Part shown: piece after piece, positions 36,024 through 48,383 of the stretch
How the letters are laid out: each line of letters starts with the position of its first letter
Numbering within the stretch: the stretch's first letter is position 1
The notes under the pieces: generated by a model
Database searches by the model: none
What the model was told of the DNA's origin: nothing
The model's input: only the letters and a program-made list of their open reading frames with translations
Assembly: GCF_000143415.4 (NCBI RefSeq)
Contig: NW_003314265.1
Coordinates: forward strand, 200,405 to 264,404
DNA: 64,000 nt
Origin: Selaginella moellendorffii
Taxonomy: Eukaryota > Plantae > Lycopodiophyta
Direction of reading: 5' to 3'
Translations under genes and position numbers: made by a program

Positions 36024-37813
36024 CTATCGTGCTACCGTGCTGTTGCTGTGCTCTCCACATCGTCGATGGACGTCTCTCATTCTCGCGGCGGATCTACAAA
36101 TCCCACTGCACGACCAATCGAACGAAGCGACGCACGCATTCCCAGCTCGGAGCTTCGATTCGCAATCTGGCAAATCCAATTCAGCTGTGAGGGATTTTAG
36201 TTGAAGTTCACACGATCGAGTGAACACACCTGTAGTTCCGCAGCACAGGCTCCGGTCATTGATGTGCTTCACGTTTAAACCGATGAGCCAAGCTCCCAGT
36301 GACACATCCTCGTTTGCATATCTGTGGAGAATGTCCCTGTGGAGAAACCAAATGAGAATCTGGACTGGAAACAAAAAAACAGGAGATTTACTTGTTCGCC
36401 AAGATATATGCTGCCAGATCCTGAGAGATGCCATAGAGTTGTCCCGTTGCGTGCTGGAAGTATCTATTCCCATCTCCTCCAAACTTTCGAAACTCGGGCT
36501 CGTAGTACTTCCCACCCCTGAGTTCATGGAAAACCAACAGGATCATGAATTAGCAAATGTCACAAAGCTTACTTCTGGGAAAGTACAGCTCCATGTTTCA
36601 TGCAACCAATATAAATACCAGGTTTCGAGCGGTGACGTGCCAATGTCTTGCCAAGTTTTTCTGACACACAAAAACTGTGAAACGCTGTTAAGGAAAAGCG
36701 AGAGATGGCTTACCCAAGTTTACATGAACATCATCGTCGACTTTTACGTAGAAATCTGCATCCCAAAGCGACACGGCTGTAGCAAAGTACGCTTTGGTCT
36801 TGGCGGATAGTTCACGATAGCCTTCGATATGATCATCCTGGAATTCCAAGTAATCAGAAATGGTTTTATGTTGAAGGGTTTATAGCATGTACCAGCCGGA
36901 GAAAGTCCGAGTAGAGCTCATCTTCAGCATCAATCGTACGTTCTAAAATTCCACCTGGAGTAGCACTAAGGATCGAAATAATCAGGAAAACAGGAAACAC
37001 AAAACAAGTTCCTACCTGTGACCAACGACAAATCTGACAACAATGCCTTTCTCCTTTTCCAGTTTCTTGAGCTCCGCTCCTGGTACGAGAGAAACTTAGC
37101 CACCGACAAGGAACCAAAATCTTTAGAGAAAACTTGACTTGCCTCTGGGCATCCATGTCTCACGGACGGAGTCTCTGCGCTTGCGGCTTGTAAATGCAGT
37201 GTTTATTCCTACAACAACGAGAACTTTCGGTCGTTGTTTGATCCTAATGCTAGCGTTCCCAACACTCCCGCTTCTATAGAGCGTTGTTGGGCTCGTTGAT
37301 CTGCTGCACAGACAAAAAAAACTATGTTGACATTAGTTTTGGGAAGAGAACCGCTCGGAAGGAAGATCTAATGGGAATAAAGAAAAGTTCTTAAGATCCT
37401 GTGGAAGCAAAGCTTTTAACGTGTAGTGTGCAGCACTTCCACTGGGTGACCACGAGCTTTCACAGGCGCCTTTCTGCGCATTCAAGCTCTAGAAGGAATA
37501 TAACCCCTTCCTGTGACTGTCTTTTTCTACCACTGCCAGAAGTAAAAAAAGTAAACAACACTTTCGCTCGATTCACCCAAGCAATGCAGCCCAATGCAAG
37601 CACAGCACACACAGATCTAGACTGTGCAAAGGAGAAAATCTCAAACAAATCGATGGAATACCTGCTGGGAGAGAAGAATCCGATGAAGAAGCTCGCGAGG
37701 CACAGGACCGCGACGCATAATTTTGGGGTAAGAGCGCTCGCGGCCGCCCTCCCTTTGATCATTGCCTGTGAGGAGAATGAATCCAGCGCCGCGGCGGAGG
37801 ATTTGCCCTTCAT
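36024..37813 (-). CDS. GT31 beta-1,3-galactosyltransferase, multi-exon
   Basis: N-terminal TM segment; [23 protein letters not shown]; [12 protein letters not shown]; [13 protein letters not shown]; [10 protein letters not shown]. Confidence 0.93.
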
Positions 37814-38089
37814 TGCGTGCCATTAACTGCTGGAATCAGCGCTGGAGCTTGGAGCCGACGCCAAATCCTGTACCAATCCCCGCGATGCTATGCCTGCGCT
37901 GCCGGATCCAGACTGCATTCTTCGATCCAAGGCTGGAATTCGCGATATTTCGCTGGAAGGTCCTGGAATCCCAGAGGCGCTTGGAAGCTCTAGCTAAGAT
38001 CTCGAGTTCTCTGACGCGGAAATAAGTGAAGGAATAAAAGGAACCAAATAAACGAATGGGCTTTGGTTAGGGTTTTTTGGAACAGAGGA

Positions 38090-39358
38090 ATGGCGCTGGC
38101 GCGACGTGATCGCACCGAGGCGTTTAGGGATGCCGTGCGGGCGGCGGCGGCATCGATTCCACAATGTGATGAGGTGAGGTTTCGCGATCCAGCGCTTAGA
38201 TTTTGCAGAGATGTTTCTTACGGACCGGTCCAGGTCAAGATCGCCTCATCTCTGATAATGCACAGGACACTGGAGCTTCTGCCTTTCACAGCAGCAGCAT
38301 TGGAGATTGTATGTAATCGCTGCTCGAGTTTTTCTTTTGTCGCGCTCGTGATTCTGGTGTGCGGATTGGATTTCATGCAGCTTGGTCACATTCGGACAAT
38401 GGAATCTTTTATTTTGGAGCGGCGAAAGGATTATCTGGATCGACAACGATGTACTGAGGAAGAACGAGACAACATCGAACACGAGGTGAATTTTTGTGCT
38501 TGTTCCTGTTTTTTTGGAATGTGATGTTCTTTCTTCTTTCGTTTTGTAGGTGGGGTTATCTGTCAAGGCTTGCAAGCAACGAATTGACGACTTGAAGAAC
38601 AGTATCGCGGGTGGAAAAAAATTGTTTTGGAAAGGAGCCGTAAACGCTGATTTGAATGCACACCAACATGGCATAGTAAGAGTCTCTAGAGGGTTTAGAC
38701 TTTCGTTGTTTTATGCATGGCTCTTTCAGGTGTTGATGCTCAGCGAGAAGTTGCATGCGGTGACAACCATATTTGATGCCTTAAGAGCTTCCAGGTTTCA
38801 GAAGGCGCTGGATAAAACACTACCAAAACGAAGGCCTCACCTCCAATCTGCCACTGCTCAGCTGGAAGCCGAGCTATCCAACAGAACCGCTGCTGCTACT
38901 TCGTTCAATAGGGAAAATCTTCAAGAACTTCAGCCTTCCCAGGCACAGATTGTTCTTGACAGCGAGACTAGAGCTCTGCAGGTAGAGATTTGATATCCTT
39001 TTTCTCAGTGTTCCTGTTCTGTTTCCAGGAAGAGCTGTCCAACCTTCTAGATACAGCGGAAGACACTGAAAGAAAGATGCTCGAGGTGTCGGCTTTAAAC
39101 CATCTCTTCTCTTCGTACGTCTTCCAGCAATCTCAACAAATCGAGCTTTTGTATCAGCAGGTTTGTGCTTGTTCTAAGATGCATTCAAAAACACGTCCAT
39201 TCGCTTTCCAGGCCGTTGAAGCGACTGAAAATGTCAACAAGGGAAACAAGGAGCTCAGGAAGACGATCGAGCGGAACACGAGCAGTCGAACGTTTCTCCT
39301 TATGTTCTTGACTATCCTTCCGCTGTCGCTGCTCTTCCTCGACTGGTACAATGGCTAA
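38090..39358 (+). CDS. SYP81: Syntaxin-81 (Qa-SNARE, STX18-like), multi-exon
   Basis: RDRTEAFRDAV, ERDNIEHEV, EVSALNHLFS, EATENVNKGNKEL and C-terminal TM segment LLFLDWY. Confidence 0.9.
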
Positions 39359-39369
39359 CAATAAGTTTC

Positions 39370-39840
39370 TGAAAGATGGTAGCATCGCTCTGTGTTTCTT
39401 CAACTTGGCTTCAGCTCGCCAGCCTCTGAAGGTAACCTGTAAGAGTGAAAGCTGTGCTTAGAGAATACCTCGCTTGGGGAAGAAAGCTCATGGTGTTCTC
39501 CAAGAGATGCACGACGATGGCTACACTCTTAAGAAGAAGGAATACGCGTCCATTGTCTTGGGCCTGCTTAAGGACCGAGAGACATCGTACAGGACATGAC
39601 GAGCAACAAGAACTTCAGTCACGCGGTAATCTTATCCGAACGTGTTACGACAAGGTTGTTTGCCTTAAGATTTTCAAGATGATGGTCGCTCAAGCTGGAT
39701 TGCACAACAAAGAGGATGCCGTCTCAAATGGCAGTTGACGACGGGGCCTAGGCATTGTTGAGCCTGCTGAAGGAGAGTGATTACAACATGACTATAGACT
39801 TGCTCCGTGTCTAGAGCAAGCATGCAATGTTCTCGACAAG
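39370..39840 (+). pseudogene. Deleted duplicate of the 5' part of the PPR gene at 41188
   Basis: Nucleotide blocks match 41450-41955 with many deletions and frameshifts. Confidence 0.85.
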
Positions 39841-40523
39841 AAAGCTTCAGGTTACGCTCGTTATTAGTTCCTTCAGGCAACGTCTTAAAACGCTGGGAAT
39901 TGTAGATAGCTGATGTTTTCCCTCGTAATTTCACTGATATAGGCCGCACTAGGATGAGGACAAGAAATGCGATCAGTACTCCCCCCTGATTCTGCATTTC
40001 AACGTGAGTTTCACAAACAGGTCCTAAGCTCACGTCATTTTTGCTTCCTAGATTATGGATGGAGATAGACCATGAAAAGGCTACACGGATGCTATAAGAC
40101 TTGTGTGGTGGTGTTTCTTATGGCCAACTTTGATGTAGTCAGCGCAACCAACAGTATGAAGTGTTTACAGTTCATTCAGAGCCTAACTAAGGAGCAAAGG
40201 ACTGTACTCGTACATGCATGCAATGCATTTGAGCTCTCTCGTGTCCCTCTAGTCTTCATTTGTAGCGCGCACCCGCTCCAAACAGTGGATCACAACCTAA
40301 CGTAATCAATGCTCGGGCCTGTCTTGATCAAGCTTGCGAGCAAAACGTTTTTATTCTTGGCTGATAAGGTTTTGGAGGTTGCTGCCTTTTGAGGTAGATC
40401 TCTTCTGTTACAATGTTACAACGAGTGTGATGACCCCTATGTACAATCCATATTTGCTGGCAGAGGGTGAAGGCCAAGGAGTGTGATCGAGGAGTTTTTT
40501 ATGTATTTCAATTTTGAAGTTTC

Positions 40524-40633
40524 TCGAGGAAGAGCAGCGAAAGCGGAAGGATCGGCAAGGAGAAACGTTTGACTGCTTGTGTTCCGCTGGATCGTCTTCC
40601 TGAGCTTCTTGTTTCCCTTGTTGAAAGTTTTAG
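40524..40633 (-). pseudogene. Inverted fragment of the SYP81 last exon
   Basis: Reverse complement of ~39225-39342. Confidence 0.85.
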
Positions 40634-40779
40634 TTGTCGAGGAGAAGGATTTAACTTCTCAAAATCTCCTTCAATTTCTCCGTCACAACTGCGAACGTTT
40701 CAACACACCAGATGCAGGTGGCCAGGACCCAGTCGAATTGCGTTGATATAGTTCGTGGGGCTGGCAACAGCACCCCAAC

Positions 40780-41140
40780 GAACCTGCTCATAGCCGAGCT
40801 ACCCTGCTACTCGTCAATGTTCAAGAACTTTCTTGACAGCGAGGTAGAGAATTGATTTTTTCTCTCGCTGCATCCAGAAGGTTGAGCAGGATAGTAAGGA
40901 ACAAAAAAAAAAAATTTGAAAAATGCTCGAGGTGTCGGCTTTGGACCATTTCTTCTCTTCCTACGTCTTCCAGCAATCTCAACAAATCGAGCTTTTGTAT
41001 CAACAGGTGTGTGCATGTTTTAGCATTCATAAACACGTCTGTTTGCTTTCCAGGCTGTGGAATCGACTGAAAATGTCAACAAGGGAGCAAGGAGCTTCAG
41101 GAAGACGATCGAGCGAAATACAAGGAGTTGAACGTTTCAT
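40780..41140 (+). pseudogene. Deleted duplicate of the SYP81 3' exons and introns
   Basis: MLEVSALDHFFSSYVFQQSQQIELLYQQ matches 39078-39160, with the intron retained. Confidence 0.88.
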
Positions 41141-41187
41141 CTTTGTAACACCACCCATGGCCGTTAAACCCTAAAACCCTGGCTAGT

Positions 41188-42924
41188 ATGGTGCTTGCGA
41201 TGCTGAGAGCGAAGAGCGCCTTCTTCCGGTTTGCGGCATTTCGGTCCATTGGAGCAAATGGGTCGCGCTCTCTGGCAAGTGTAGCTCAGGCCCAGGTAGC
41301 AAATCCGCCGGAGGAGCTAGATGAAGCAGTTGTGGGAATGATTTTGGAGTCTTTGAAGGAGAGGCCGCAAGGGGAGGCTTTGGACGACGTAATGCAGCAG
41401 TGGAAGGGGTCAGTCGGACACAAGGCCGTGAATAAGGTGCTAGAGCAAGTGAAAGATGGTAGCATCGCTCTGCGTTTCTTCAATTGGGCTTCCAAGCAGG
41501 AGGTGTTCTCCAAGCACAGCTTTCATTCTTACAGGCTACTCCTTCAGAGGCTAGCGGGGAAGGAAGCTCGAGGTGTTCTCCAGGAGATGCACGACGGTGG
41601 CTACACTCTTAAGAAGAAGGAATACGCGTCCATTGTCTCGGGCCTGCTCAAGGAGAACCACTCCGAGGAAGTCATTGGCATCGTACAGGACATGACTAGC
41701 AACAAGAACTTCAATCACTCGGTTGTCAACCATCTGATCCGGACGTGTTACGACATGAAGAAGCCGGAAGTTGCTAGTAAGATTTTCAGGATGATGGTCG
41801 CTCAACCTGGATCGCAAGATGCCGTGTCGAAGGCTGCTGACGACGGGGCCTGGACAGTGTGGAGCCTGCTGAAGAAGGAGAGCGATTACAACATGACCAT
41901 AGACTTGCTGTGTAGAGAGGGGCTTCTGGAGCAAGCATGCAATGTGCTCGACAAGATGCTGGAAGGCAAGTATGAAGCGACGACGTTCACATACGGCCGC
42001 CTCGTAGATGGTTTCCTCAGGCTTTCCAAGTTCTCCGAGGCCTTGGCAGTCCTGGACGTGATGGCTGAGCGTGGCTGTATACCTCCAGCTATCGTTTACA
42101 ATCAGCTTATCGACGGGTTGTGCAAGGCAGGGAAGGTGGAGGAGGCTTTTGAGCTTTCGACGACAATGGTTAAGAATGGGTGTTCTCCCACGCTGTACAC
42201 GTACAACAGTCTCATCAACGGCCTCTGCCTGCAAGGGAAAACTGATGAAGCCAGGGACTTCCTACAGGAAATGGCGGATTCTGGTTATAATCCAGACGTC
42301 GTGACTTACACAGTTCTCATAAACAGTCTTCGCAGGGATGGTAACTTCAGGGCTGCAGTAGACGTGTTTGACGAGATGGTCTCCAAAGGAGGTTGCGTAC
42401 CCGACCGAGCGTCATATATGCCGTTACTCATTGGGCTTTGCAAAGAAGGATGCGTTCAACTTGTTCAGGAATTTCTGGAGAAGCACAGGGCTCGACTTGA
42501 TCTCGGTAGTTTCTTCCACAACTTGCTCATAAGCACCCTCTCCAAGCACGGGAAACTTGACGATGCCAGGAAGGTCTTTCGGGAGCTGGCGTCTCCGGAG
42601 CTGGTTCACTTCAACAGTTTCATGTCGGCTCTCTGCCAGCGCAAGCTCATAAGCGAAGCGTTCCAAGTCTACGAGCAGCTCCAGAAAAAAGGCCTGGTTC
42701 CAGACACCTATACTTATACAATCCTCATCGGGGGACTGTGTGACGTCGGACGAACAGACCAAGCGCTCTCGCTGAAAGACACGATGATCCAGAACAACTG
42801 TAAGCCGGACAGTGTGACTTACGGAATCCTCCGTGCTGGTCTCCTGAAAGCTGGAAGACGGACTGACGCGGAGCAGCTTAAAGCTCAGATGCCAGCAGCA
42901 GCCGGAGCAGGGTCGTCTTCCTGA
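41188..42924 (+). CDS. P-class PPR protein, likely mitochondrial, intronless
   Basis: ALRFFNWA motif and repeated 35-aa units (YNQLIDGLCKAGKVEEA); Arg/Ser/Ala-rich N-terminus. Confidence 0.93.
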   Translation: MVLAMLRAKSAFFRFAAFRSIGANGSRSLASVAQAQVANPPEELDEAVVGMILESLKERPQGEALDDVMQQWKGSVGHKAVNKVLEQVKDGSIALRFFNWASKQEVFSKHSFHSYRLLLQRLAGKEARGVLQEMHDGGYTLKKKEYASIVSGLLKENHSEEVIGIVQDMTSNKNFNHSVVNHLIRTCYDMKKPEVASKIFRMMVAQPGSQDAVSKAADDGAWTVWSLLKKESDYNMTIDLLCREGLLEQACNVLDKMLEGKYEATTFTYGRLVDGFLRLSKFSEALAVLDVMAERGCIPPAIVYNQLIDGLCKAGKVEEAFELSTTMVKNGCSPTLYTYNSLINGLCLQGKTDEARDFLQEMADSGYNPDVVTYTVLINSLRRDGNFRAAVDVFDEMVSKGGCVPDRASYMPLLIGLCKEGCVQLVQEFLEKHRARLDLGSFFHNLLISTLSKHGKLDDARKVFRELASPELVHFNSFMSALCQRKLISEAFQVYEQLQKKGLVPDTYTYTILIGGLCDVGRTDQALSLKDTMIQNNCKPDSVTYGILRAGLLKAGRRTDAEQLKAQMPAAAGAGSSS

Positions 42925-42960
42925 GTAAGATCTCTTGTTCTTTCTTCTTCTAATATAACT

Positions 42961-45403
42961 TTACAGAGAGTTTTGGTGCTTCTCGCCTTCGTTACTTTCG
43001 TCCTCACTAGACTCCATCTCAGTCTCCTCGTCGTCATCGTTGTCCTCCTCACTCGACTCCTCGGCATGCATCTCGTAAAAGCTTTTGTACCGGCTGATGA
43101 TCCTCTGGCACAGGTAACTCTCTGGCTCCTCGTACTCGAGGATGATCTTGAGGTACTTCAGGCCCTCGCGAAGCCGGCCTGCATTGGCAAACGCTCTAAC
43201 CAAGATGCCGTAAGTTATCCCGTCTGGTACGAAACCTTCCTTGGTCATTTCAAAGTATAGGAGTTCGGCCTCTCTGCAGCGGCCAGCTTTTCCGTAAGCA
43301 TCCATTAGAGCTGTGTAGATTTTGGTGTCTGGAACGATGCCGGACTTTCTCATGTCCTGGAAACAAGCAAGAGCTTCCTGCAAACAAAGTTCTGGAGGTA
43401 AGCTTTCCTTTTGCTTCCGCTTTCAACTGGAAACTAAATTCTTTTTCTTGTAGGAACTCGTTACGTACCTGATACATTCCATGGTGGCCGTAGCTCTCGA
43501 TCAGTCCAGAGTAGGCAATGATGCACGGTATGCATCCTGCCTCGATCATCTCGTCCCATAACTTCGCAGCTTCAGTATAAAGTCCGTGACGGCCGTAGAG
43601 ACTGAGCATGGCACTGTAAGTCACAATGTTTGGAACGACTCCCTTCGACTTGAGATTCTCGAAGAGCTGCGTAGCTTCCGCGACGCTTTGCTCCTTCCTA
43701 GCGGAGCTCAGCATGATGTTGTAAGTCCAGATGTTTGGCCTGTATCCAGCCTCGGTCATCTCTCTCAAGATTTCATGAGCCTTCACGAAGTAGCTCTTTT
43801 TCGCGTAAACGTCGAGCAATGTGTTGTAAGTTACCTGGTAAGAAGCTCTAATTAGTTCTTCCGTTCCTCTATCTCTTTTAAGTTTCTTACCTGATCAGGA
43901 GGAACTCCTTTGGTGTCCATCTCGTCTAGCAGGCGTTCCATGTCCTCGAGCAGGCCTCGCTTGCCATACATTGCGATGGCGATGTTGTAAGTATGCACGT
44001 CCTTCGCGCAGCCAACTCCGTCCATCTCGTCGTAGAGCTCTAATGCTTCTTTGAACAGGCCTTTCCTCCCGTATCCCTGGATGAGCGCGTTGTAAGTCCA
44101 CGAATTTGGAGACTCTCCCTTATCTTTCATCTCCTGGAAGAGTTTTCGACAGTCTTGCAACCTTCCAGCGTTCGCATACTCTTTAATCAGGTTTGTGTAC
44201 GTGACCAAGTTGGCTGACACCTTGTCTTGCTTCATGTCGTCCAGGATCTTTTCTGCCGCTTCCAGTCGGCCGCTGTTTACCAGGCCATTTACGAGGCAAT
44301 TGTAGAGTATCTCATCGGGTTTCTTGCCGCTCTCTTTCATCACTTCAAGAAGCCTTAGTGCATGGTCGAGCTTGGATTTTTGCCGGAGGTAGCCGTGTAT
44401 AATGACGGTGTAAGTCACTACAGTGGCCTCACAGCCATCCTTCATCATCCGGTAGAACAAGCTGCAAGCGTCTTCCACGAGACCGTGCTTCACGTACCTG
44501 ATTCCACCATCGATCACACAAAGACGTTTTGAGAAAGTGGATTTAAACAGCTTACGCATGAATCAGCATCGTGTAAGGTACTGCACTGACTTTGAGCTTC
44601 TTCTTTTTCATTTCCTCGAGAACATCCCTCGCTAATCCCAGCTTTCCTTCTCGTGACAGTATCCCGATTATGCAAACGCAGTTTTGCTCGTGGAGCTTGT
44701 ACTCGCTCTGCTTGTTGAGGAAAGAAAAGAGTTCGCAGGCTTTGATTCGCGATCCTCGAGCTTCAAGTTCTTGCATAATCTGGACGAGAGGAAAACGAAA
44801 AACAAGAAAAAAAGCAAAACGGTGAGTTCTTTCGTTTGTTTCAAGACAAAGCTGACCTGCCTCGTCCCACAGGAAGGGCCGATTCTTGACGAGGCCGACC
44901 AGGCCCTGCATATAACTCACAGCTTCTTCACCGGAGCGTTTGAGAAGTCCAATGGCCGCCTGCGAAGATATCTTCTTGCTGTGCGGTACTTCTTCTTCCA
45001 TTCTTTTCTTCTTCGTCTTTCGATCCTTGTGTGGAGGTTTGACGACGAAAAGACTGGTGCTACTTCCAGGCCTCGGATTCTCTGGCTGCTGCTGGACATC
45101 CATTAAATCCAAGTCCCAGACTCCGTGCTGGGAATTTCTATCCGGACTTTTACTTCGCGAAGACTCTGGAGGAACAATACTAGCGGTGCTATCGGAAAGC
45201 ACAGGAGCTCTGGTGGGCTTTGTGACGAGGGAAACTCTTCGCTGCGAGAGAGAAGAACTACTCTCGTCGCCTGCTGTTTGGGGCGTGGAATCAATCTCTG
45301 GAGCGGCATTTCTCACGACTCTAGGAGTGTGGTATATGGAGGCGCTAAAGATCATACCAGTAGAGGCGATGGAGCTCTTCCAACCGCATCGATCCATAGC
45401 CAT
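42961..45403 (-). CDS. P-class PPR protein with about 5 introns, likely organellar, acidic C-terminus
   Basis: Tandem PPR motifs across ORFs 44552-45403, 43852-44559, 43250-43819 and 42961-43383, joined at GT-AG sites. Confidence 0.9.
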
Positions 45404-45498
45404 TCATCGAGATAAAATGGGCTTTTCTAGTTTCTTTTTTGTTTTAAAGTAAAGCGATGGGTTTTAGTTAGGGTTCTTGCAATTAGGGCTCTTGGTGG

Positions 45499-48279
45499 AT
45501 GAAGGCCCTGTGGCGGATCCTCTCGCGGCACTCGCAGATTCAGCGGCAGCTCCAAGGCTCTCGGTTTGTTCACAGGTGGTTTGATCCGGCGGCTGTCGGA
45601 TTCAGGCCTGCATTTGACGCTTCGGAGATTCGAGCAGCGAGACGAGGATTTTGCACCGTCGTTACGGGGAATGGGAGTGCTGGGAATGTGAATGCGGCGC
45701 CTAAGCGCGTAAAGAAGGTGATTAATACTGCCGCAGTGCATGAGAATGCCGAGGCAATTTCAACGAAGAATGCCGAGGTGGTTCCATCAACGAAGAATGC
45801 CAAGGCGACGAAATCTAAGGCCAAGACTGCTGAGGTGAAATCTACCGCAGACAAGAAATCGAAGAATCTCAAAACTGTTACAGCGAAAAATGTCGAAGCT
45901 TCTTCCACAATCAAAGCTAAGAACGAGGAAGCAATAGTTCTCGAGAAGAAAGTTCTTGGAGCGAAGAAGAAAGATATCAAGACTTCTTCCACGACAGACA
46001 CTAAGAATGAGGCCCAAAACAAAGCAACAGAAGCTTCTCAAGCAGATAGAGCCCTCGAACAGACAACTCTCGGGGGTCCTCTGGCAGAGAAAGTTCTCGA
46101 GGAGAAAGTCCTTGGAACTCCTCCTCTAGCAAATGCTCTTTCGATCGTTGTTGAGTCTCCGCCAGCTTCTAAGGTGGAAACGAGACGATCGGGAAGAAGA
46201 CCAAACAAGCAGCCTGAGAAGCTGGACTTGGGGAAGTACTTCCAAGCCGTTGGCGACGATGGAGATGTGTTCCAGGAAGAAGAGCTGGATCTGGAGAAAC
46301 AGAAGAAGGTGGCGAAGCCAGCATTGCCAGAAATGGTTCCCGAGGGGTTTGCCGACCCCACTGCGTTGTTCCAGGCGATGGTCACGTCGCCACCGCTGCC
46401 ACTGACTCCCGATGAGAAGCTCCGGCTTGGAGCGGTCCTCGACAGGTTTGCCGAGAGAGGCTGGGCAAAAACGCAGGCTCTCGCCGTCTACATCAACTCC
46501 AAGTTCTTCCCACAGGCTGTCAGCAAGTTCCGGAAGTTCTTCACGGCGAAGTGTCCGGTGCTTCTCAAGGACGTGCTGCTCAAAGTGGGACCTTGTGATG
46601 AAGCTGAGGAGTACCTCTTCCCGATATTTGCCGAGTTTTGCATCTCCGAGTTCTCGAACGAGATAACCAGATACAGGGAGCTAGTCACGTCCGCGGACCT
46701 GACAAAGCCACACGCCTGGTTTCCATTCACTAGGGCCATGAAGAGAAAGGTGATATACCACTGCGGCCCGACGAACAGTGGCAAGACTTACACGGCTCTC
46801 CAACGGTTTTTGCAAGCTGAGACTGGCATCTACTGCTGCCCGCTGCGTCTCCTGGCCATGGAGATTTACGAGAAGTCCAACATGTCCGGAGTTTATTGCA
46901 GTCTTCACACGGGCCAGGAGAGGAGGGAAGTTCCTTTTGCAACTCACCTTGCCTCCACCGTGGAGATGGCCGTGCTCACAAAGCCTTGGTCAGTGGCAGT
47001 CATTGACGAGGTCCAGATGACAGCAGATGAGTTTCGAGGCTGGGCCTGGACTAGAGCTTTTCTAGCACTGCGGGCCGATGAAGTCCACCTCTGTGGCGAT
47101 CCAAGCGCGCTGGAGCTGTACAAAACTTTGTGTGCGGCGACGTGTGACGAGTTTGTGGAGCATCACTACGAGAGGTTCAAGCCGCTCACCATCGACCGGA
47201 CGTCTGCCAAAGGCAACTTCGACTTCATCGAGGCCGGGGACTGCGTGGTGGCATTCTCCAGAAAGGAGATTTTCCAAGTCAAGCTGGAAATCGAGCAGAG
47301 AACCAAGCACAAGTGCTGTGTGGTTTATGGAGCTCTCCCACCCGAGACGAGAACGCAGCAAGCCAAGCTCTTCAACGATCCCAGCAGTGGATACGACGTG
47401 CTGGTTGCAAGCGACGCAATTGGAATGGGACTCAACCTCAACATCCGGAGGGTCATCTTCAACTCCCTGGACAAGTTCAACGGCGAGCAGCGCATTCCAG
47501 TTCCAGCGTCACAGGTGAAGCAGATCGCCGGACGAGCCGGGAGGCGCGGAAGCTTGTATCCCGAGGGACAAGTCACGACGCTCTATGCCTCGGACATCCC
47601 CTACCTGGTCGAGTGCATGAAGCAGCCATTCGAAGACGCACCGAGCGCCGGCCTCTTTCCGGTCTTCGAGCAGCTGGAGCTCTTTGCCAGCCAGCTCCCG
47701 GATATCACCTTCTCCCAGCTCCTGGACCGCTTCTCGGAGCACTGCCGGCTGGACGGGACGTACTTCCTGTGCAAGAACGACAACTTGAAGAAGGTGGCGG
47801 CGGCGCTGGATGCCATCGGCGGGCTGTCCCTCGAGGACGAGTACAACTTCTGCTTTGCGCCGGTGAACAGCCGGGATCCAAAGTCCATGGGCTCGCTCCA
47901 GCGCTTCGCGTCGGCCTACAGCAGGAAGATCCCGGTGAGGCTGTCCATGGGGATGCCGCAGAGGACTGCCAGCGACAACGCGGGGATCTACGACTTGGAG
48001 ACGCGGCACCAGCTGCTGTCCATGTACCTTTGGCTCAGCCAGCACTTCCCGGCGCCAGCGTTCCCAGAGAGGCATCAGGCGGCGGAGATGGCGTCCAAGA
48101 TTGCCGAGATGCTAGGCGAGTCGCTGGTGCTCTTCACGGGAGAGGAGGCCCGCAAGAGGCAAGAGGAGATGCGAGAGCGAGAGCACGGTGGTGGCTGCGG
48201 GAGGGAGAGCGTGAAGCAATCGCAGTCACGCTTATCTCTCCAAATGCAAACCATGAGAAAGCAACTTTGCGCTGCGTGA
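45499..48279 (+). CDS. SUV3: SUV3-like mitochondrial DExH RNA helicase
   Basis: GPTNSGKT, PLRLLA, VIDEVQ, VYGALPPETR, ASDAIGMGLNLNI and QIAGRAGR. Confidence 0.96.
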   Translation: MKALWRILSRHSQIQRQLQGSRFVHRWFDPAAVGFRPAFDASEIRAARRGFCTVVTGNGSAGNVNAAPKRVKKVINTAAVHENAEAISTKNAEVVPSTKNAKATKSKAKTAEVKSTADKKSKNLKTVTAKNVEASSTIKAKNEEAIVLEKKVLGAKKKDIKTSSTTDTKNEAQNKATEASQADRALEQTTLGGPLAEKVLEEKVLGTPPLANALSIVVESPPASKVETRRSGRRPNKQPEKLDLGKYFQAVGDDGDVFQEEELDLEKQKKVAKPALPEMVPEGFADPTALFQAMVTSPPLPLTPDEKLRLGAVLDRFAERGWAKTQALAVYINSKFFPQAVSKFRKFFTAKCPVLLKDVLLKVGPCDEAEEYLFPIFAEFCISEFSNEITRYRELVTSADLTKPHAWFPFTRAMKRKVIYHCGPTNSGKTYTALQRFLQAETGIYCCPLRLLAMEIYEKSNMSGVYCSLHTGQERREVPFATHLASTVEMAVLTKPWSVAVIDEVQMTADEFRGWAWTRAFLALRADEVHLCGDPSALELYKTLCAATCDEFVEHHYERFKPLTIDRTSAKGNFDFIEAGDCVVAFSRKEIFQVKLEIEQRTKHKCCVVYGALPPETRTQQAKLFNDPSSGYDVLVASDAIGMGLNLNIRRVIFNSLDKFNGEQRIPVPASQVKQIAGRAGRRGSLYPEGQVTTLYASDIPYLVECMKQPFEDAPSAGLFPVFEQLELFASQLPDITFSQLLDRFSEHCRLDGTYFLCKNDNLKKVAAALDAIGGLSLEDEYNFCFAPVNSRDPKSMGSLQRFASAYSRKIPVRLSMGMPQRTASDNAGIYDLETRHQLLSMYLWLSQHFPAPAFPERHQAAEMASKIAEMLGESLVLFTGEEARKRQEEMREREHGGGCGRESVKQSQSRLSLQMQTMRKQLCAA

Positions 48280-48383
48280 TACCGTGTTCTAGTTCTCACT
48301 CCATGATTTGTAAGGTAACTTTTTTTTCTAAAGTAAAAAAGGTCTGAATTAAGCAAAACCCTACAAAAGCTGGGTTTTAAGAC

